DNA of 64,000 nt from assembly GCA_965644495.1 (NCBI GenBank), contig CBFFSA010000008.1:1-64000 (forward strand). The letters are read 5' to 3'. Source of the stretch: Perkinsela sp. CCAP 1560/9 (lineage: Eukaryota; Protista; Euglenozoa: Kinetoplastea). Below, piece after piece: positions 21,699 to 34,008 of the stretch (position 1 is the stretch's first letter; every line of letters starts with the position of its first letter). A program made the translations under genes and the position numbers. The notes below the pieces were generated by a model. The model was not told the origin of the DNA. It did not search any database and saw only the letters and a program-made list of their open reading frames with translations.

Positions 21699-24600
21699 TT
21701 TTCTTTTTTAGGCTCTTCGTTAAACGCGGTGGTTGTTTTCAACTTAGAAGTCACTCATGCTACGCTCTCCGAGTTGAAAACCACCACAGCGTTTAACGAA
21801 GAGCCTAAAAAAGAAAATTTAGCCTGGAAAACGGAAAGATTATAGCCAAAAATAGCCGAATTTCGGGTACAAATGGGATCATTTTCGCATATTTTTGCTC
21901 TCAGAGCACTAAATCCGACATTTGCGCATGGGAAATCACTCGCAGGCATGAATGAAAGTCTACCGAACGTATTGGGTAGAGAATGCGACTCCAACAATAC
22001 CATTCTTTCGACACAAAAATGCCCCTTTAGGTCCGAAAAATACTTTTTCACCTTTTTTAGTCAAAAATGGGTCATTTTGGGGGGCGCACCACAGTTCGAA
22101 GAAGTGATACCTTGCGAAAACAACTGCGTAGAAAGCTAGTGTAGGTCCCAAACTATCAAAATACAATAGGGGAAACGATTTTGGAAAAATATTTTTTTTG
22201 TCATTTTTTTCGCCAAGTTGAATTGTTTTTCAAAAAAACTTGGCGGACCCGTCCTGCGGATACGTGGGGGGGTCAACCCCGGGTAGGGGGGTGGAAAATG
22301 CGCGCCAAGACCCCGGCTACCCTTTCTGCGGTTTTTTTTCGAAAACTAATTTTTTCGAAAAAATTTGCTCGACCATGCCCCCCCCCCTGGCCCCCCCCCT
22401 GGCCCCCCCCCATGGACCCCCCATTTTTTTCAAATTTTTTTTTCAGTTTTGGACCACCGGAGCCCCCTTTTATATTTTTTTCTTCTATTATATTACTGTG
22501 TTCCCCTTTATATTTTCACTGTTTTTGTTCACTGTTTTTTCAATAATCGAGTGTAGAGCGGTAGTTTTACAACCACCGCAATATTTGTTCATACGCAGTC
22601 TTTTTTTGTGTATTACTTATTTTCCTGGGACTCAGGGCTCAACCTGACTGGCTAAAAAAAACAAGAAAAAATAAAAAAAATAAAAAAAAATAACCTTTTC
22701 CAATGGTAATTCAGTCTCGCTTACAATAAAAAACCAAGCTCCGTTCGTCGAGCTTTTTTTTTACAAAAAAAATTGCGTTTTCATTCATCGAACAGGATGT
22801 CCTGTTCGATAAATATTCATCGAACGGACAGTGCGTTCGATGAGTATTCATCGAGTGCCCCCTCTCCCCGAGAAATCTTTGCCATAGTCGCTCCGACCGC
22901 CACCCGGTGTCCGACCGGCAGGCTTTTCTTGGTCGGATGAACCAGCCACCTTCCAGTGGCAAGATACGTGACTCGCATCACGTACCTATGCCGTATGGGG
23001 AGACACCCCATTACAGAGTAGTGCGGGACTTGCTAGGAAGGGCTTTGTCAATTACAAGACGTCCTGTTCCTACCGCTCACCCGCTAAAACTCTACGGCCC
23101 CGGAATGTTAGTCCGGGACGGTCCTGGCTGGAGAAGTGAAGGCTTGTACACCTCCACTCCTCCGGAGATGGGGTGGGATTTTCTTTTTTAGGCTCTTCGT
23201 TAAACGCGGTGGTTGTTTTCAACTTAGAAGTCACTCATGCTGCGCGCTTCGCGTTGAAAACTACCTCCGCGTTTAACGAAGAGCCTAAAAAAGAAAATTT
23301 AGCCTGGAAAACGGAAAGATTATAGCCAAAAATAGCCGAATTTCGGGTAAAAATGGGGTCATTTTCGCGTATTTTTGCTGTCAGAGCACTAAATCCGACA
23401 TTTGCGCGTGGGAAATCACTCGCAGGCATGAATGAAAGTCTACCGAACGTATTGGGTAGAGAATGCGACTCCAACCATACCATTCTTTCGACACAAAAAT
23501 GCCCCTTTAGGTCCGAAAAATACTTTTTCACCTTTTTTAGTCAAAAATGGGTCATTTTGGGGGGCGCACCACAGTTCGAAGAAGTGATAACTTGCGAAAA
23601 CAACTGCGTAGAAAGCTAGTGTAGGTCCCAAACTATCAAAATACAATAGGGGAAACGATTTTGGAATAATATTTGTTTTGTCATTTTTTTCGCCAAGTTG
23701 AATTGTTTTTCAAAAAAAAAATTCCGAAAAAATCCGAACTTGGCGGACCCGTCCTGCGGATACGCGGGGGGGTCACCCCCGGGTAGGGGGGTGGAAAATG
23801 CGCGCCAAGACCCCGGCTACCCTTTCTGCAGTTTTTTTTCGAAAACTAATTTTTTCGAAAAAATTTGCTCGACCATGACCCCCCCCCCTGGACCCCCCCC
23901 CATGGACCCCCCATTTTTCTCAATTTTTTTTTTCAGTTTTGGTCCACCGGAGCCCCCTTTTATATTTTTTTCTTCTATTATATTACTGTGTTTCTCTTTA
24001 TATTTTCACTGTTTTTGTTCACTTTTTTTTCAATAATCGAGTGTAGAGCGGTAGTTTTGCAACCACCGCAATTTTCTTTTTTAGGCTCTTCGTTAAACGC
24101 GGTGGTTGTTTTCAACTTAGAAGTCACTCATGCTGCGCGCTTCGCGTTGAAAACTACCGCCGCGTTTAACGAAGAGCCTAAAAAAGAAAATTTAGCCTGG
24201 AAAACGGAAAGATTATAGCCAAAAATAGCCGAATTTCGGGTACAAATGGGGTCATTTTCGCATATTTTTGCTCTCAGAGCACTAAATCCGACATTTGCGC
24301 GTGGGAAATCACTCGCAGGAATGAATGAAAGCCTACCGAACGTATTGGGTAGAGAATGCGACTCCAACCATACCATTCTTTCGACACAAAAATGCCCCTT
24401 TAGGTCCGAAAAATACTTTTTCACCTTTTTTAGTCAAAAATGGGTCATTTTGGGGGGCGCACCACAGTTCGAAGAAGTGATACCTTGCGAAAACAACTGC
24501 GTAGAAAGCTAGTGTAGGTCCCAAACTATCAAAATACAATAGGGGAAACGATTTTGGAAAAATATTTTTTTTGTCATTTTTTTCGCCAAGTTGAAATTTT

Positions 24601-25015
24601 TTTCAAAAATTTTTTTCCGAAAAAATCCGAACTTGGCGGACCCGTCCTGCGGATACGCGGGGGGGTCACCCCCGGGTAGGGGGGTGGAAAATGCGCGCCA
24701 AGACCCCGGCTACCCTTTCTGCGGTTTTTTTTCGAAAACTAATTTTTTCGAAAAAATTTGCTCGACCATGCCCCCCCCCCCTGGACCCCCCCCCTGGACC
24801 CCCCCCCTGGACCCCCCCCCTGGACCCCCCCCCTGGACCCCCCCCATGGACCCCCCATTTTTTTCAATTTTTTTTTTCAGTTTTGGACCACCGGAGCCCC
24901 CTTTTATATTTTTTTCTTCTATTATATTACTGTGTTCCCCTTTATATTTTCACTGTTTTTGTTCACTTTTTTTTCAATAATCGAGTGTAGAGCGGTAGTT
25001 TTACAACCACCGCAA
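21699..25015. mobile_element. Non-coding tandem element: three ~0.9-kb units (21699-22581, 23179-24071, 24072-25015) plus a 0.6-kb spacer; Helitron/Helentron-like
   Basis: No TSD, inserted at A^T; long 5' inverted repeat; subterminal GCGGTGGTTG/CAACCACCGC; terminal hairpin; variable C-rich microsatellite. Confidence 0.6.
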
Positions 25016-25428
25016 TTTCACTACAGTTACTATCGAAAAGCGTTAATGTAAGGCAAAATTACCACATAAGGGTGCACCCCCCACAAGCCTCCCTTGACCT
25101 GACCAGAAATTTTGACGAAAAGGTTAACAGCGTATTACAGTCATGGTTTGGCAAGCTAACTGCCGAGCAAATTTCATGGATGCGGCTGCCACTAAAGAAA
25201 GGTGGCTTAGGCCTGAGTCCGACAGAACCCTTTCGCCAAACGGCATACGAGACCTCTAAAAGCATCTATCTTGAGCACTTTAATCTTAATTCAGCTCGGG
25301 AGTGCTTATTAGCGGCCCCTAAACCCGTCGGCGAGAATTCGATTACGGACTCTAAGGCCAACACTGCGTTATATCACGAAAACATTCGTACACGTCTCAT
25401 GTTGAACCCAAAGACGGCGTCTGCCATC

Positions 25429-28400
25429 CTTTTTTTTTTTTTTTTTTTTTTTTATAGTTTTTTTGTCTTCAAGGAAAGGGATACAGATTTTAGCAGTCTT
25501 TGGTTTCGCCACAATGAAGCGTTCAAGACTGAAAAATTCTTTCTTCTAAAATATATTCTATTTTTTTTTGCAATTAATAGGGGGGAAGAGTATGAGTTCT
25601 AACTTTCTATGAATGTACGGTATCACTTTCTTACTTACTTTCCTACTTACTTTACTTCGCCCTTATCAACTTCGCCCGCTTCTCTCCCTTATCTCCACCC
25701 CTCAAAGAAACCATCCGCGACTTTCCGACTTCACCCGCTTCTTTCCCTCACTTCCCCCCCCCCCGAGCATCCATCCGCGCCTTCCAAACTTTGCCCTCCT
25801 CTTTCCCTCACTTCCCCCCAGAAATCAATCCGCGCGTGCTCCACCCCTTCTTCCAGCAGTGCGCGCTTCGGACCGGGTTTTTTTTTTTTTTTTTTTTTGC
25901 AATTAATAAGGGGGGAGAAGTATGAATCGCGGCATTGCCTCTATAATTTGACCCAGTAGACGAACCAAGTACATAGTAGGTCCATTAGGGGGGTATATGA
26001 ATTTAAAACAAGCAATCAAATTAGCAATTCTTTTCATTTCCACAGAAGTATATTTTCTTTTTCTTTTTTCTCAGCCCAAAACTAGCAATTCAATCTCCCC
26101 TAAGTATATACGACAAATAAGACACAGTAAAAATAAAAACAAGCAATCCGGACCCAATCCATTCGCGCGTTCCGGACCGGGTCTTTTTTTTTTTTTTTTT
26201 TTTTAATAAGGGGGGAGAAGTATGAATCGCGGCATTGCCTCTATATTTTGACCCAGTAGACGAACCAAGTACATAGTAGGTCCATTAGGGGGGTATATGA
26301 ATTTAAAACAAGCAATCAAATTGGCAATTCTTTTTATTTCCACAGAAGTATATTTTCTTTTTCTTTTTTTTTTCTCAGCCCAAAACTAGCAATTCAATCT
26401 CCCCTAAGTATATACGACAAACAAGGCACAGTAAAAATAAAAACGAGCAATCCAGACCCAATCCATTCGCGCGTTCCAGCGGCACGGTCACGAAGTTGGG
26501 TTTTGATCGCCGGATTCGGATGAATGTTCCGAATCCATACCTGTCTCACATTGGGGTACCTTGCTCGTGAAAGCGAGGCGTGAGGATAGGCACTGTCGGC
26601 TCGATCGGCCTCGGGCCGCTCTGGAGGCTATTCCTCCAGAGTTGCGATGGGGTCTTCGGAAGGTGAACGAGCAACCATCATGCGCGCTTGAAAGCGCATA
26701 AGGGTTATGTTTAGTTCAGCGAAGATTCGGCTCGTTGCCTCACCTTCCGAAAGTAGACCCCCCGAGGCGTGCGAACACCTCTCACCGACTTTGCGGAGCA
26801 CGGCTGAAGCGCTGGGGCTCCAGGCGCCATAACTTTCGACAACCATGGCCGTAAAGTCGCATCCTGCCTCTACGGCTTCTCGACGCTGCTTGCCCTTCTC
26901 CATTGAGGAATAATGTTCGGCAAATGACCCCGCGGCAACCCAGCTAGCGTTTCGGACTTTGTCCGTATATTTTAATTGCTGAGCATGGGTGACCGCGAAG
27001 TCAAGCACAATGGGATTTCCAAGAAAAAGGCTGGGCAAGTATATGTCGCCAGGTCTGGTGAGGGCCCCGCCTGGGCCCCTGTTCCCGAGACTCTTTTCTC
27101 GTTGAGGGGCGAGGCGGGCTCGACTGCACACGTCCGCGAACTGGTCCGTAACAGCGTTGTGCCTGGTCACAATACCATGGCCATGTTTTCAAGACAGTGC
27201 ATGGTCCCCTTTGCTGTCAAGGGGGAGCGAGCATTTCGGCATGGGGCACGTGCTATCTTCATGGTAGATGTCCACGCCTAACCACCAACGGGCCAAAGTT
27301 CGGAATTGTGTGGGGGTAAAGGCGTGCCCAAGGTCTTTCGAAGGAGTCACAAAGGCCCAGCTGCTCGCTCCCGTGCCACACTGGGAGATCCACCTTGCAC
27401 GGGTTCGTGCGTCAGTTGTCTCATATTCCTGGGAAAAGGCATGGGCTGCAATAGCATAACTGATTACCCGCTGGCGCGGGATCTTCCCTTTGGGCCACTG
27501 TGGGGGTAACATGTCCTGGCATTCTTCAGAACCGTAGAGGGGAGTCGAGAGTGGGTAGGCATCCGTGGGTGTGTTGGCCGTGCGGGAAGTCGTACGAAGA
27601 ATATGTCCCGGAGGCTCGTCCGGGGGGTGAGGATCATTCCCTGGCGGAGGGCGCCTTCTCTTCCGGTAGGAGTACGGCGCGCTCAGGGCCTTCTCGCATG
27701 GGGCGTTGGGAGTTGTGAGAACACGACCTCGGGGATCGAGGAGAGCAGTGCCGGCCTTCTGATTGATGTCGAGGATGGCCTCCGAGAAACCTTCAGCGTC
27801 TGTGGGATCCCAGGAATCTGTGGCAGAGGCAAAGGCGACGGATGCAACGTAAGCCGCGGAGGCGTGGAGAGCTGCGGATCTCAGACCTAATCCCCCATGA
27901 CGCTTCAGTCGCTGTGCTTGAGATTGTGCTGACCTGTCCAGAGGACAGATGATTGCCTCTATAGCGGTCATGAGAAAGTCGTCTAAACGGGAGCAAAGGT
28001 GAATCAGGGACTGTGGGGGCGTGCTTCTCATGGCATACACCATTTGACAGAACCCCGCACATTGACGAATTAGGGCAAGCGCGACCTGGGGGTCCTGAAT
28101 GTTGGTTATGGCATCGAGGGTATCCTCGGCTGGTTCTAGGGCGTGAGAAAGAAGATAAGCAGAGCAGTGGTCGGCGGATCCTACAGGACTCCCTAGTATG
28201 TCAAAGTTCCCCTGCGAATTGATCTTCTCGTCGGGTATGTCTGGGAAGTAATCAGCCTGGTGGGCCGAGCTGGGGGAAGTAATAATTTCGCATTTCGACG
28301 TATTGAGATACAAGCCCCATTGAGGTCCTACTCGGGCGATCGTGTCTCGGGCGTCTCTAACTTCCTGCGCCTGGCCAACGAGGACGCCATCGTCGAGATA

Positions 28401-31400
28401 CCAGAGTTGGGCGGGAATATCAGTTTGAAGGTTAATGGCTTCTGAGAGCTCCAGGGCCACTAACGAGAAGAGCAATGGTCCTAGGGGATCGCCCTGTTGT
28501 ACTCCTTCCTCGGAGGAGATGAATCGGGCCCCGTAGGTAAGAGAGCTGGGGTCGGAATAGCACCAATTGATCCAAGGGAAGAGTTCCGGGAAATATTCCT
28601 GTACTAGTGGAAGGAAGGCAGCCCTGCTTACGTTATTGAAAGCGTTACGTAGGTCCACTTTGCACATGACGAAGTTCGGGTTTTCCATATTGGACGACAT
28701 GGCCAGGCGACACATGTGAATGACTCTTTCGGCCCCGGCTGGCGCTGCCACTCCGTACTGTTTGCCTTCAAAGAGCTCGCTCGCTTTGGGTCGGATTGCG
28801 TTGCATACGGCTTTGCTCGCTAATCGCCGAAGGGTTTCACCGGCAGCGATCGGACGAACATCATTTTCGCCCTTTGATAGTGTGGGCTTTTGCAAATCAG
28901 GAAAAGATCAATATGGCGTGCGGTAAGGTAGTGCGAACGCATAGCAAGCGTGGAGGGATGGGGAAACTCTCAATGCAATACACGGGGATCTCAGGGTACA
29001 AAGAAGAACAGGAATACACAGGATCTCTGCCGCCCCAAGAAAACGTGAGAATCTTCCGCATTATCTGGCATCAAGCGCCACCTCCGATTGATGTTACCGT
29101 GTTACGTGATAGCACTATCGAGAATCATCTGATCACACTGACCCCAGACGACGTACATGGGGAGGGAGTTGATCTCTTACCAATACCCACCGTTCGGAAT
29201 ATCAGTCCTGACCTTATTCCATGCGTCATCGCAACTTTTCGTGAAATTGTAAAGGATTACATCAATGCCGATCACCAGCAGAGGAATATTATTTGGCATC
29301 GACTGCTGTCGGCGATGAAGCTGTCGCTTGCAGGAGTACGCCGCGCCAGTGGGAGGAGTAGGAGACAAAGACCATATCTTAAAAATAACGATGACAAGGA
29401 AGATCAGGCCGCCTTGAATGACCGGAGAGCTATCAAAAGAGCAACGCGGTTGGTTACTGAAGGGTGCGCGTCAAAAGCAGCCAGAGTATTAGATCAAGCC
29501 TTCACGCCAAGTAATCTTCCGGATGAGGAAACCTTGGACAAGTTGTCAGAATTGCATCCTCAAAAAGAATGCGACTTCAGAATCCCAGCAGACGCGCCAA
29601 TAATGTCTGGGATTGAAATGGAAGAACTCCGTGCTGCTGGAAAGCGCCTGGCGAAAGGGGCCAATCCGGGTCCAACAGGGATGACGGATAGCATTGTACG
29701 GCTGCTGCTTGATGATGAACTTTGCTGCATCAATTTGTGTCACATGATATGTGATCTCATCAACGGTTTCCTGGGCAAGGACGTGATTCGTCGCATCAAC
29801 CGCTCTAGGCTGGTTGCCATTCCCAAAAGTTGTGGAGGGGTTCGCCCAGTCGCAATGGGTGAGGTGCTCAATAAATTGGCCGGCATAGTCCTAATGCAAA
29901 GGTATGAGCATACGCTGGCTCCGTTATTTGCACCCATGCAACAGGGCGTTTTCTCAAAAGCGGGATGTGAGAAAATAGTGCACCAACTTCGGAATCGCCA
30001 CAGCAATGGATATTCCATTCTATCCGTAGACGTTAAAAATGCCTTTAACTCGCCGAGCAGAATGGATATAGCAAAGCACGTTTTAGCCTTCAGTGCACTC
30101 CGCCCTTTCCAGCGATTCTTCGAGGTCGAATACTCGGGGGCCTCTGAATTGCTGTATTATGGTTCAGAAGGAAAATTGGTCGGAACAGTCCTAAGCACAT
30201 CAGGTCTGCGGCAGGGTTCACCATTGGCTTCCATGTATTATTGCGCCTTTTTTCAACCCATGCTGGAAACACTGTCGATGGAATTTCCCGAAGTGGAGTT
30301 TCACGCTTTCATCGATGACGTTACCATGTCCTCCCTAAAAAGTGCTCAAATCGAAAAAGCGTTTCAGAGACTCCAAGAGTTGATGGTTCAATACTCGCTC
30401 ACGCTAGCAACAAAGAAGTGTATATGGTTTGGGGAGGGGTCGGCTCAGCCAATCCCACCAAGCCTGAAGGTACAGGGTGTGCGCAATGAGGAAGAAGCGG
30501 TCAAAGTATTGGGGGCACACATCGGCAAAGAGAATCAGATCAAGAAAAGATTAATGGAAGCAGTGGATAAACAAGATACAAGCTTCCAGAGATTAAAAGC
30601 AATGGGATTAAGCAATGTAGCATTGATACTTCTTTCGCAATGTATCAATGTTAAGCAACAATACGTCATGCGCGTACATCCGCCGTCTGTGACAAAGGAG
30701 GCCTCCACTAAATTCGATGACAATGTCGAGAGCGTATTGAAGAAGTGGCTCGGTCCATTGACGGAAAAGCAGGTGGAGATGGCCCGGCTGCCCATGAAAA
30801 AGGGAGGCCTAGGATTGACGTCTTGTTCAAAGGTTCGTGAAGCGGCATATTTGGCATCACGCTACCAAGCTCTTGAGCGAATAAAATCTTTTACTGCTCG
30901 GGCTTGGTTGCCAAACCAAAACGTCCCTTACACTGGAGAAGAAGAGAATTCAGCTTTGCCACCTATGGATGAAGTTACGACGGCAGCGGTACTTCACGAA
31001 AAAGTGGTTGCGAGGTTAAAACAAGATCCGGAGTATTCTAATATTTTAAGGGTAACAACCCGAAAGGGAAATTATGATTGGCTTAAATCGGAGGTCCGCT
31101 TCGTTCCCTCACATGCCTTTGAAATACCAGTTATGGCACGACTTGGAATTCCTCACCCAAGAATCCCAGCAACGATCCTATGTCCAGGTTGTAAGACTTT
31201 GCTGAACAATAAGACTGCTTTGGTACATATCCCAGGGTGCGCTCAGTGTTCGGGGCAGAACGCTACCGTGAAGCACAATCGTCTCGTCAAATACCTCTTT
31301 GACCTAAGTCAAAAGTCAGGGATACCTTGCGAACGTGAACCTAGGGCCTTCAGTTCCTGGAAGTGCGCCACATGTAAAGTGGCTGTGAATCCGGAAAACA

Positions 31401-32183
31401 GGGGAATTCATGAGAAGACATGCTCAGGGCGGCAGTTGTTCAGGTCAGGCCCTGACCTCGTGATTTATTGGTCAACAGGCGAACTGTTTTACGACCTTAC
31501 AGTGATTCACGAGCTTGCGCCGTCGAACATTAGTAAGACATGCGCGAACCTGGCAAAAGAAGCAATAAAACGGAAGCATCAAACATACGTAGAATCAGGA
31601 AAGATCCCTGACGTAGCTTTCCAATGCTTGCCGGTTTTTTCTTGCGGATCCTTGCATCAGAACACCCGATTCCTCATCCATGCTTTGGCGGACGCTGCGT
31701 GCCTTGATCGCCACAGAACAGAGATGGAGTTTAAATTACTGTTGCAAGAACAAAATGGGCTCGAAGTGTATGCGCAGCTTCGTAGTCACCTGGCCGACAG
31801 GAAGGTGCAAGAATTAAGTGTTTAGTGTGATAATCATAATCTATTAATGTCCTTTATTAAGACCTTCACCTTTATTAAGACCTTTAGGTAATACAATAGA
31901 AGTCTACGCATGGAAATTTAACCGAGGGGCTAATATCGGGTCAAATGCCCCGGAAGGGGGTTATAATTTTCAAAAAAAAAAAAAAAAAAAAAAATTCTAA
32001 CACACACTTTCATTCAAATATTTTCATCGCATTCAAACGAACACAGAATTTAGGCTCGTATTCCTCCGACCCATTTCTCTTCTGATACAAAAAAAAAAAA
32101 AAAAAAAAAAAAAATGATAGGGCGCATAAGCGCGCCCCTGCGAAGTGCGCCTGTACTTCAGAGGGTGCCTTCCCAGCTAGGAA
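25429..32183 (-). mobile_element. CRE family 2 element (RT+RLE 26628-28880, resumes 32121-32183) with stacked 3'UTR/poly(A) copies at 25429-26480
   Basis: GVQQGDPLGP, YLDD, RPGD..LDF; one in-frame stop at 27189; several poly(T) runs. Confidence 0.87.
28881..32114 (+). mobile_element. 5'-truncated CRE family 1 insertion (ORF to 31825) + poly(A) + ~95-nt fragment + poly(A)
   Basis: TSD TGATAG at 28875-28880 and 32115-32120; FIDD, CPGC, SGPDL motifs. Confidence 0.9.
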
Positions 32184-32329
32184 GGGGTACAGACTATGCG
32201 ATATGAAGGAACAATGGCAGGAATGTGTTTCGTTTTTTTTTGTTTTTGTTTTGATTTGAATAGATTGTAGGGTGTAGCGCCAAATTTGTAGTCGGAAGTC
32301 AACGTCCATGCTTGGTGTTGTACGTCCTG

Positions 32330-32576
32330 CTTGTTGTTGCATTCCTTTTTTCTACTTTTTCTTTTCTTAATGGGCGTGTTCACGCGCGCCAAAGCGAAAG
32401 AGGCTGGTGTAGCACCGGTTATTTTGCCCCTCCCCCCCACCCGGCGGAAAAAGCATTCTCAGAATACGCAGTGTGCTGCGCCGCCATCTCCCGCTGCGCC
32501 GTCTGCTGCGCCGCCATCTCTTTCCCCTGCGCCGTCTGCTGCGCCGCCATCTCCCGCCGCGACGTCTATTTGAGCC
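32330..32576 (+). pseudogene. 5' fragment of CRE family 1 (MGVFTRAKAKEAGVAP)
   Basis: Matches the N-termini at 2881 and 37932. Confidence 0.75.
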
Positions 32577-33141
32577 ATAGGCGGGAGCGGATCAAGGTCA
32601 CTCTGACCGTATTCGCATGAGATGTGCTCCGCTTGTTCCTCCAAATTTTGTGTCGGCATCTCGATTTTGAATAACTTAGTGGCTTGGAGGTTACAGATTC
32701 TGATTTTATTGGACGGTGGAAGATAAAGAAAACCGCATGGACCATCGTGACCTAGAGCCGGCTCGTATGAAATCTTGACTTTCACGGTTGATTTTCGCAC
32801 GGTCCTGCCTACAACGATGCCGTTTGACTTGTAGTTTGTAATGTTTAATAGTTCACGTTTTGAAATTTAGCCGAGGGGCGGCTATATATTTGCCTGCTGG
32901 CCCTTCGGGGCACATAATTTTCTCAAATTATGATGTAGTATTCTCTAATTGCATGGAGGGGGGTATTTACTCGTTTGTTATATTCTTGTTAGGTTGTTAT
33001 TTGTTACGTTTAAAGTTATAGTGGGCGGTATGGGAAGAGGAGCCAGATCGAGAGTATCCATTTCCCCACAAAGAGTTAAATTACTATCGCATTGATCTAG
33101 AAGACGGACTGGGACACTCGAGCGAAGGACAAGAGTGTGCG

Positions 33142-33840
33142 TTGGAAGGCGGACGGCCCCTGCCTATTAACGTGCAGCCCTTTGGATCTGTAGCGACCTA
33201 CAAGATTGATCCGTATGAACCTGTGACTTGGCCGGGGCATATAGATCAACGCAACGACGACGGCTTTCGAATTAAGGACCTTTTTCGAGAATTAAAGGAA
33301 GCTCCCGAGTATGGTTTGAGATTGAATCAATATTATCAGGACAAATCATTTCAGATGCAACAGGAGCGGAATTTCGATCAGTTGCTGGGAAAGTGGATAT
33401 TGTTGGCACGCCAAACTCCGGGCTGGAATGAAGGTCCGTTTTTGGAGTTGGGGAAAGCGATAATCCAAAGTCTACGTGATGCTTACTGGCGTGCTTGCAA
33501 GGTAGACGTGGAGGCGGTTCACCGAAAAATGGACAAAGATGATCGGGCGCACGACAAATTCTATCAGCATGTAACAGATCAGTTGAGTGAGCGTGAAAAG
33601 CAACGTAGTCGGTACACTTCTTTCTCTGCGCTACGACGAACAGGGACATATTTCGGAGGAGGATCAACAGGTCAATATTCACAATCGTTTCGCCCCTCGT
33701 ACGGAACTTATCGCGCGCAATGTTACAATTGCAGATCACCAGACCATTTGATTAAAGATTGCCCATACAAACGCACATCACCGCCGGATTTTCGTCAGCG
33801 GACGGCTGGCAACGCCCCCCAGGGCGGAAAGTCGTTATGA
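33142..33840 (+). CDS. Gag-like protein with CCHC zinc knuckle
   Basis: CYNCRSPDHLIKDC. Confidence 0.8.
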   Translation: MEGGRPLPINVQPFGSVATYKIDPYEPVTWPGHIDQRNDDGFRIKDLFRELKEAPEYGLRLNQYYQDKSFQMQQERNFDQLLGKWILLARQTPGWNEGPFLELGKAIIQSLRDAYWRACKVDVEAVHRKMDKDDRAHDKFYQHVTDQLSEREKQRSRYTSFSALRRTGTYFGGGSTGQYSQSFRPSYGTYRAQCYNCRSPDHLIKDCPYKRTSPPDFRQRTAGNAPQGGKSL

Positions 33841-34008
33841 AACGCCCGTCCATTAATCGCCAGTGTTCCTCGAGTCACATACACGCGTATAGATCCAGGA
33901 ACGAACATCTCGCATATAATACCCGCCAAACGCGGCAGAAGCAAAGCAGTCAAATACAAGAGGATACATCCAGGGGATCAAAGGGAAAGTGTAGCGAAGA
34001 GAACGCGA

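Larger units (their letters stand above)
17953..25428 (+). pseudogene. CRE family 1 internal fragment, split by the pogo-like and Helitron-like insertions
   Basis: Pieces rejoin as HGI|VNSTTGVRQG and GANNI|SLQLLS; in-frame stop at 18702. Confidence 0.88.

Noticed and set aside
20372-21796. 474-aa transposase-RT fusion protein
   Set aside because: Chance read-through across the pogo TIR into the host CRE frame
21755-25051. Repeated short ORFs (MKKYFSDL..., MGSFSH...)
   Set aside because: They recur only because the non-coding unit is repeated; no recognisable domain
28796-28895. Divergent overlapping genes or twin-priming inversion
   Set aside because: Explained by a TGATAG-TSD insertion of family 1 into an opposite-strand family 2 element
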